Source: Methanolapillus ohkumae
GTDB lineage: Archaea > Halobacteriota > Methanosarcinia > Methanosarcinales > Methanosarcinaceae
Direction: 5' to 3'
NCBI RefSeq assembly: GCF_032594355.1
Contig: NZ_CP131061.1
Location: 1,580,011-1,604,010 of the forward strand
Length of the DNA stretch: 24,000 nt
This document shows, piece after piece, positions 22,931 to 24,000 of this stretch. Positions within the stretch are counted from its first letter, which is position 1, and each line of letters begins with the position of its first letter. The position numbers and the translations under genes were made by a program. Below the pieces are notes generated by a model. The model was not told the origin of the DNA. It saw only the letters and a program-made list of their open reading frames with translations, and made no database searches.

Positions 22931-22964
22931 TGAATTGATTTTTTCAAAAATCAATTCATTTTTT
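22931..22964 (+). terminator. Hairpin 'tgaattgattttt' / 'aaaaatcaattca' followed by T6
   Basis: The arms lie at 22931-22943 and 22946-22958, 8 nt after the stop codon. Confidence 0.6.
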
Positions 22965-23082
22965 CTTTTTTTAACTTTCTTTTTTTAATTTTTTTAACTT
23001 TCATTTTTTCTTTTTTTAACTTTCTTTTTTTAATTTTTTTAACTTTCATTTTTTCTTTTTTTAACTTTCTTTTTTAATTTTT
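22957..23082. repeat. 45-bp T-rich tandem repeat: 2 identical copies plus a ~36-bp third copy
   Basis: 'cattttttctttttttaactttctttttttaatttttttaacttt' occurs at 22957-23001 and 23002-23046, with a partial copy from 23047. It contains the internal sub-repeat 'tttttttaactttc'. Confidence 0.9.
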
Positions 23083-23342
23083 CAAATGAATTCTTTTTTC
23101 ATTTTTGACTCTTTTTTTCCGCTCGCTCTCATTGTTTTTATATTTCAGCCATGAAATAAAAAAATGAGACTATTTTTATTTATTTCAATTCATTTATTTA
23201 ATATATTTTATAAAATTTTAGAGGAAGTGCAAAAATTATTATACAATTATTCCCTTGAAATAATTATCACACAATTATAATTTTTCATAAAAATTATAGA
23301 TGTGATTAAACGAGTGAATATTTTTTATATGGGGTTGACATT

Positions 23343-24000
23343 ATGGACAAAAATACACAAAATTATCTGATTGTGGGTGCCATTGTTGCCATCGTAATTG
23401 TTGCCGCTTTATTATTCTTTTTCTATTCCGGCAATGACGACAACACACCGCCCGCAACAAATACCACACCAAACACACCATCCAACACATCAAATACATC
23501 CAACACATCAAATGCGACAAATGAAACCGCAAACACAACAAACAGTACGGGAGCCGGTTTATCGAGTTTGCCGCCGATTGTTGTCACGCCATCTCTTGGT
23601 GGCGGCGGTTCTACGTCTTCCAAGGTTTCTCCGGTCGGATATTGGAAAATCAACGATGCTGACATCTCCGTCACATATGGAGAGGAGGGTTCAGAAGATT
23701 TGGATGAAGGCGATTATACTGACCAATATATGTGGATAGACTATGATGGCACATGCTATATGGAAATTGAAGCATTTGGCATATCCATGGACAGCGACGG
23801 CACTTGGAACTACACCGGCTCGGACAGCTATGAATTCTATATGGAAGACTTTAATGCCACCGCCCGTGCAACAATGGACAGTGAGGGAAACTTAGTCTTT
23901 GTGAGCGGCATTCATTTTGAAAATTCCACCGATACTGATTACGGAGTAATCGAAGGAACCATTTCAACGCTCGTTTTGGAAGAAACGCTTTATAATGAAT
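23343..24000 (+). CDS. Paralog 3 of the same family (TM-anchored, no Cys lipobox); 3' end lies outside the window
   Basis: This is my own translation; the ORF is absent from the track because no stop occurs before the window ends. It reads MDKNTQNYLIVGAIVAIVIVAALLFFFYSGNDD, then NTT/NTS/NAT/NET sequons, then 'LPPIVVTPSLGGGG', 'PVGYWKI', 'DGTWNYTGSDSYEFYM', 'DSEGNLVFV' and 'TLVLEETLYNE'. Confidence 0.8.
   Translation, partial: MDKNTQNYLIVGAIVAIVIVAALLFFFYSGNDDNTPPATNTTPNTPSNTSNTSNTSNATNETANTTNSTGAGLSSLPPIVVTPSLGGGGSTSSKVSPVGYWKINDADISVTYGEEGSEDLDEGDYTDQYMWIDYDGTCYMEIEAFGISMDSDGTWNYTGSDSYEFYMEDFNATARATMDSEGNLVFVSGIHFENSTDTDYGVIEGTISTLVLEETLYNE

Noticed and set aside
23341-23739. ORFs 23341..23541(-), 23398..23739(+) and 23423..23674(-).
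   Set aside because: They are out of frame or antisense relative to the plus-strand frame from 23343. That frame shows block-by-block similarity to the two upstream paralogs.

Overview
The window looks like an archaeal, methanogen-type chromosomal segment. The evidence is F420 biosynthesis genes (cofH-like, cofD), ribosomal protein S17e, an archaeal-type signal peptidase and a FlaK-like A24 peptidase. Coding DNA is roughly 40-50% G+C by hand count of sample lines, and the intergenic DNA is very AT-rich. All family names come from motif recognition by eye, because no database search was possible.

Most of the window is housekeeping: a partial A24 peptidase, a 936-aa RecQ, a PhnB/VOC-like protein, rps17e, an MBL-fold hydrolase, an AAA ATPase, a LysA-like decarboxylase, citrate synthase, an HD phosphohydrolase, a CofH-like radical-SAM enzyme, an AEC permease, CofD, signal peptidase I and CorA. 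I saw no tRNA or rRNA genes, CRISPR array, transposase or integrase.

Two things stand out.
1. From 19.8 kb to the right edge there is a tandem array of an uncharacterised, fast-diverging protein family. It has three full-length paralogs plus a decayed or minimal copy. Each member has an N-terminal anchor, a stalk dense in N-glycosylation sequons and a two-module body. The copies were duplicated together with a conserved terminator hairpin.
2. The non-coding DNA is unusually structured. It carries at least ten unrelated minisatellites, a GCGCGCG-core box in each of the three non-overlapping convergent gaps, and a palindromic element present twice. There is also a 1.17-kb gap containing two short ORFs with atypical codon usage.
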